Source: a virus (Duplodnaviria; Caudoviricetes). From it: a DNA stretch of 33,528 nt. This document shows, piece by piece, positions 32,596 to 33,528 of the stretch; the stretch's first letter is position 1; each line of letters begins with the position of its first letter. The position numbers were made by a program, and so were the translations under genes. The notes below the pieces were generated by a model, which did not search any database, was not told the origin of the DNA, and saw only the letters and a program-made list of their open reading frames with translations. Location: the IMG/VR virus record IMGVR_UViG_3300033417_000036, positions 1 through 33,528 of that record. One strand, 5' to 3'.

Positions 32596-32648
32596 GGGTG
32601 GTGGGGAGGTAATCGCTGGCAGCTAATTGTCAGCCCTCCCCGCCACCC
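32596..32648 (+). other. Long RNA hairpin upstream of SSB gene
   Basis: 14 bp outer stem GGGTGGTGGGGAGG/CCTCCCCGCCACCC, 5 nt bulge, 8 bp inner stem with G-U pairs on the plus strand. Confidence 0.6.
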
Positions 32649-32676
32649 AACACCTCTCCAACAGAAAGCAGGAACT

Positions 32677-33165
32677 ATGCCGAGCACAACTTTCGGTGAC
32701 CTCGTAAAGAAGGCCAAGGAGTCGGGCGCTTTCGCTGACCTGATCCCTGACGGCGATTTCACTCTGGAAATCGTCCGGGCCAACGGGAGCACTAACAAGC
32801 AGGGTGTCCCTAGGTTGGGCGTCCTCATCAAGGTCGTGGGGGCTGACCCCGACGACGAGCCTCTAGCTGATGACGACGATGCGCTTGGCGCTTCGACGTG
32901 GCTCAACCTGTCCTTCTCTGAGAAGGCAGCGCCGATCAGTTTCCGCCAACTCAAGTCGTTCGGGGTGCCCGAGGACTTCCTGGAGAATGCCGAGAGCATC
33001 GAGGACGTAGCCGAGACGCTGGCCGGAATTGTGGTGGCCGCCTCGGTGGGTCACCGGTCGTGGGGCGACAACAACGACCGCACCGACAACACGATCAACG
33101 TGAACCACGTGAAGGTGCCGCCCGCCATCGCTCACGTTCCAGTCGAGAGCGACGACGCATTCTAA
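32677..33165 (+). CDS. Single-stranded DNA-binding protein (DUF669-like, 162 aa)
   Basis: LIPDGDFTLEIV...W.NL OB-fold pattern; acidic tail ending ESDDAF; RBS AGGA. Confidence 0.7.
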   Translation: MPSTTFGDLVKKAKESGAFADLIPDGDFTLEIVRANGSTNKQGVPRLGVLIKVVGADPDDEPLADDDDALGASTWLNLSFSEKAAPISFRQLKSFGVPEDFLENAESIEDVAETLAGIVVAASVGHRSWGDNNDRTDNTINVNHVKVPPAIAHVPVESDDAF

Positions 33166-33169
33166 GCCA

Positions 33170-33487
33170 GTGAAGCCCCCGCAACTTCTCAGTACCTCGC
33201 CAGTGGAGGAGCAAGACCCGCCCACCCGGTTCCTGTTCGCTCTGGCGGGTGCTGGGTTGTTGTGGCCTCGGGATTGGACGTGGGACGGGAAGTATGGCAC
33301 CGCTGTCTGTCCGTCCTGCGGTCAACACACCCTCTGGCACACCAACGAGGGTGGCGACTTCCGGTTCGGTTGCAAGGAGCAATGTGATCGCTACGAAATC
33401 CTGGGGCTTCTCGGGCTCGACGGTTACGACCTAGTGGATTTGTCGCTACCACAGTGGCTAGCAAACAGTTCGATTCACCTACCCTAG
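33170..33487 (+). CDS. Stand-alone primase-type zinc-binding domain protein (105 aa)
   Basis: AVCPSC...FGCKEQC...EILGLLGL...DL resembles the CPAH...CHAGC...ILAALGL...DL N-terminal domain of phage primases. Confidence 0.55.
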   Translation: MKPPQLLSTSPVEEQDPPTRFLFALAGAGLLWPRDWTWDGKYGTAVCPSCGQHTLWHTNEGGDFRFGCKEQCDRYEILGLLGLDGYDLVDLSLPQWLANSSIHLP

Positions 33488-33528
33488 AGGCTGGTAAACT
33501 GATGACCATGAAGACCATTCTGAGTCTT

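Noticed and set aside
18700-33518. Minus-strand ORFs over the early arm (e.g. 23637..24167, 32373..32999)
   Set aside because: Antisense to coupled plus-strand genes that have recognisable motifs.
1-33528. tRNA, rRNA, integrase, CI repressor, canonical holin
   Set aside because: None recognised by eye. The single-TM protein at 10637 and the two-TM protein at 22117 are not adjacent to the lysin, so neither is called a holin.

Overview
The window is an internal ~33.5 kb piece of a GC-rich tailed dsDNA phage genome with two divergent arms; both ends fall inside phage genes. The left arm (minus strand, 17.3 kb to 1) is virion and lysis genes: small fibre/decoration-like genes, a Gly-rich fibre, an amidase endolysin, terminase large subunit, portal, scaffold, major capsid, head-tail adaptor, nozzle, a C1q-like receptor-binding protein and several Ala/Gln-rich ejection proteins. 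This is a short-tailed (P22/T7-style) layout with no tape measure or tail tube in view. The right arm (plus strand, 18.0 kb to end) is early/replication genes: many tightly coupled small ORFs, an HTH regulator, a two-domain beta-clamp homologue, an Ocr-like DNA mimic, a hexapeptide-repeat protein, a ParB-like protein, an SF3 helicase, a displaced terminase small subunit, a DUF4406-DUF5664 fusion, family A DNA polymerase, RuvC-like resolvase, PD-(D/E)XK exonuclease, phiC31 Gp3-like protein and SSB. An actinobacterial-type host is inferred. The most notable signals are non-coding: (i) Gram-positive-type LexA boxes, three in tandem at the divergence point and an identical pair at the capsid promoter and upstream of the portal operon; (ii) a GTGACA-N2-TGTCAC CRP-like operator at early promoters; (iii) five extended -10 promoters sharing GTRTGNTANNCT; (iv) a ~150 nt promoter-to-hairpin structured RNA upstream of terL; (v) a centred inverted-repeat element that may be the origin. 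All protein assignments are by motif recognition only; no searches were run.
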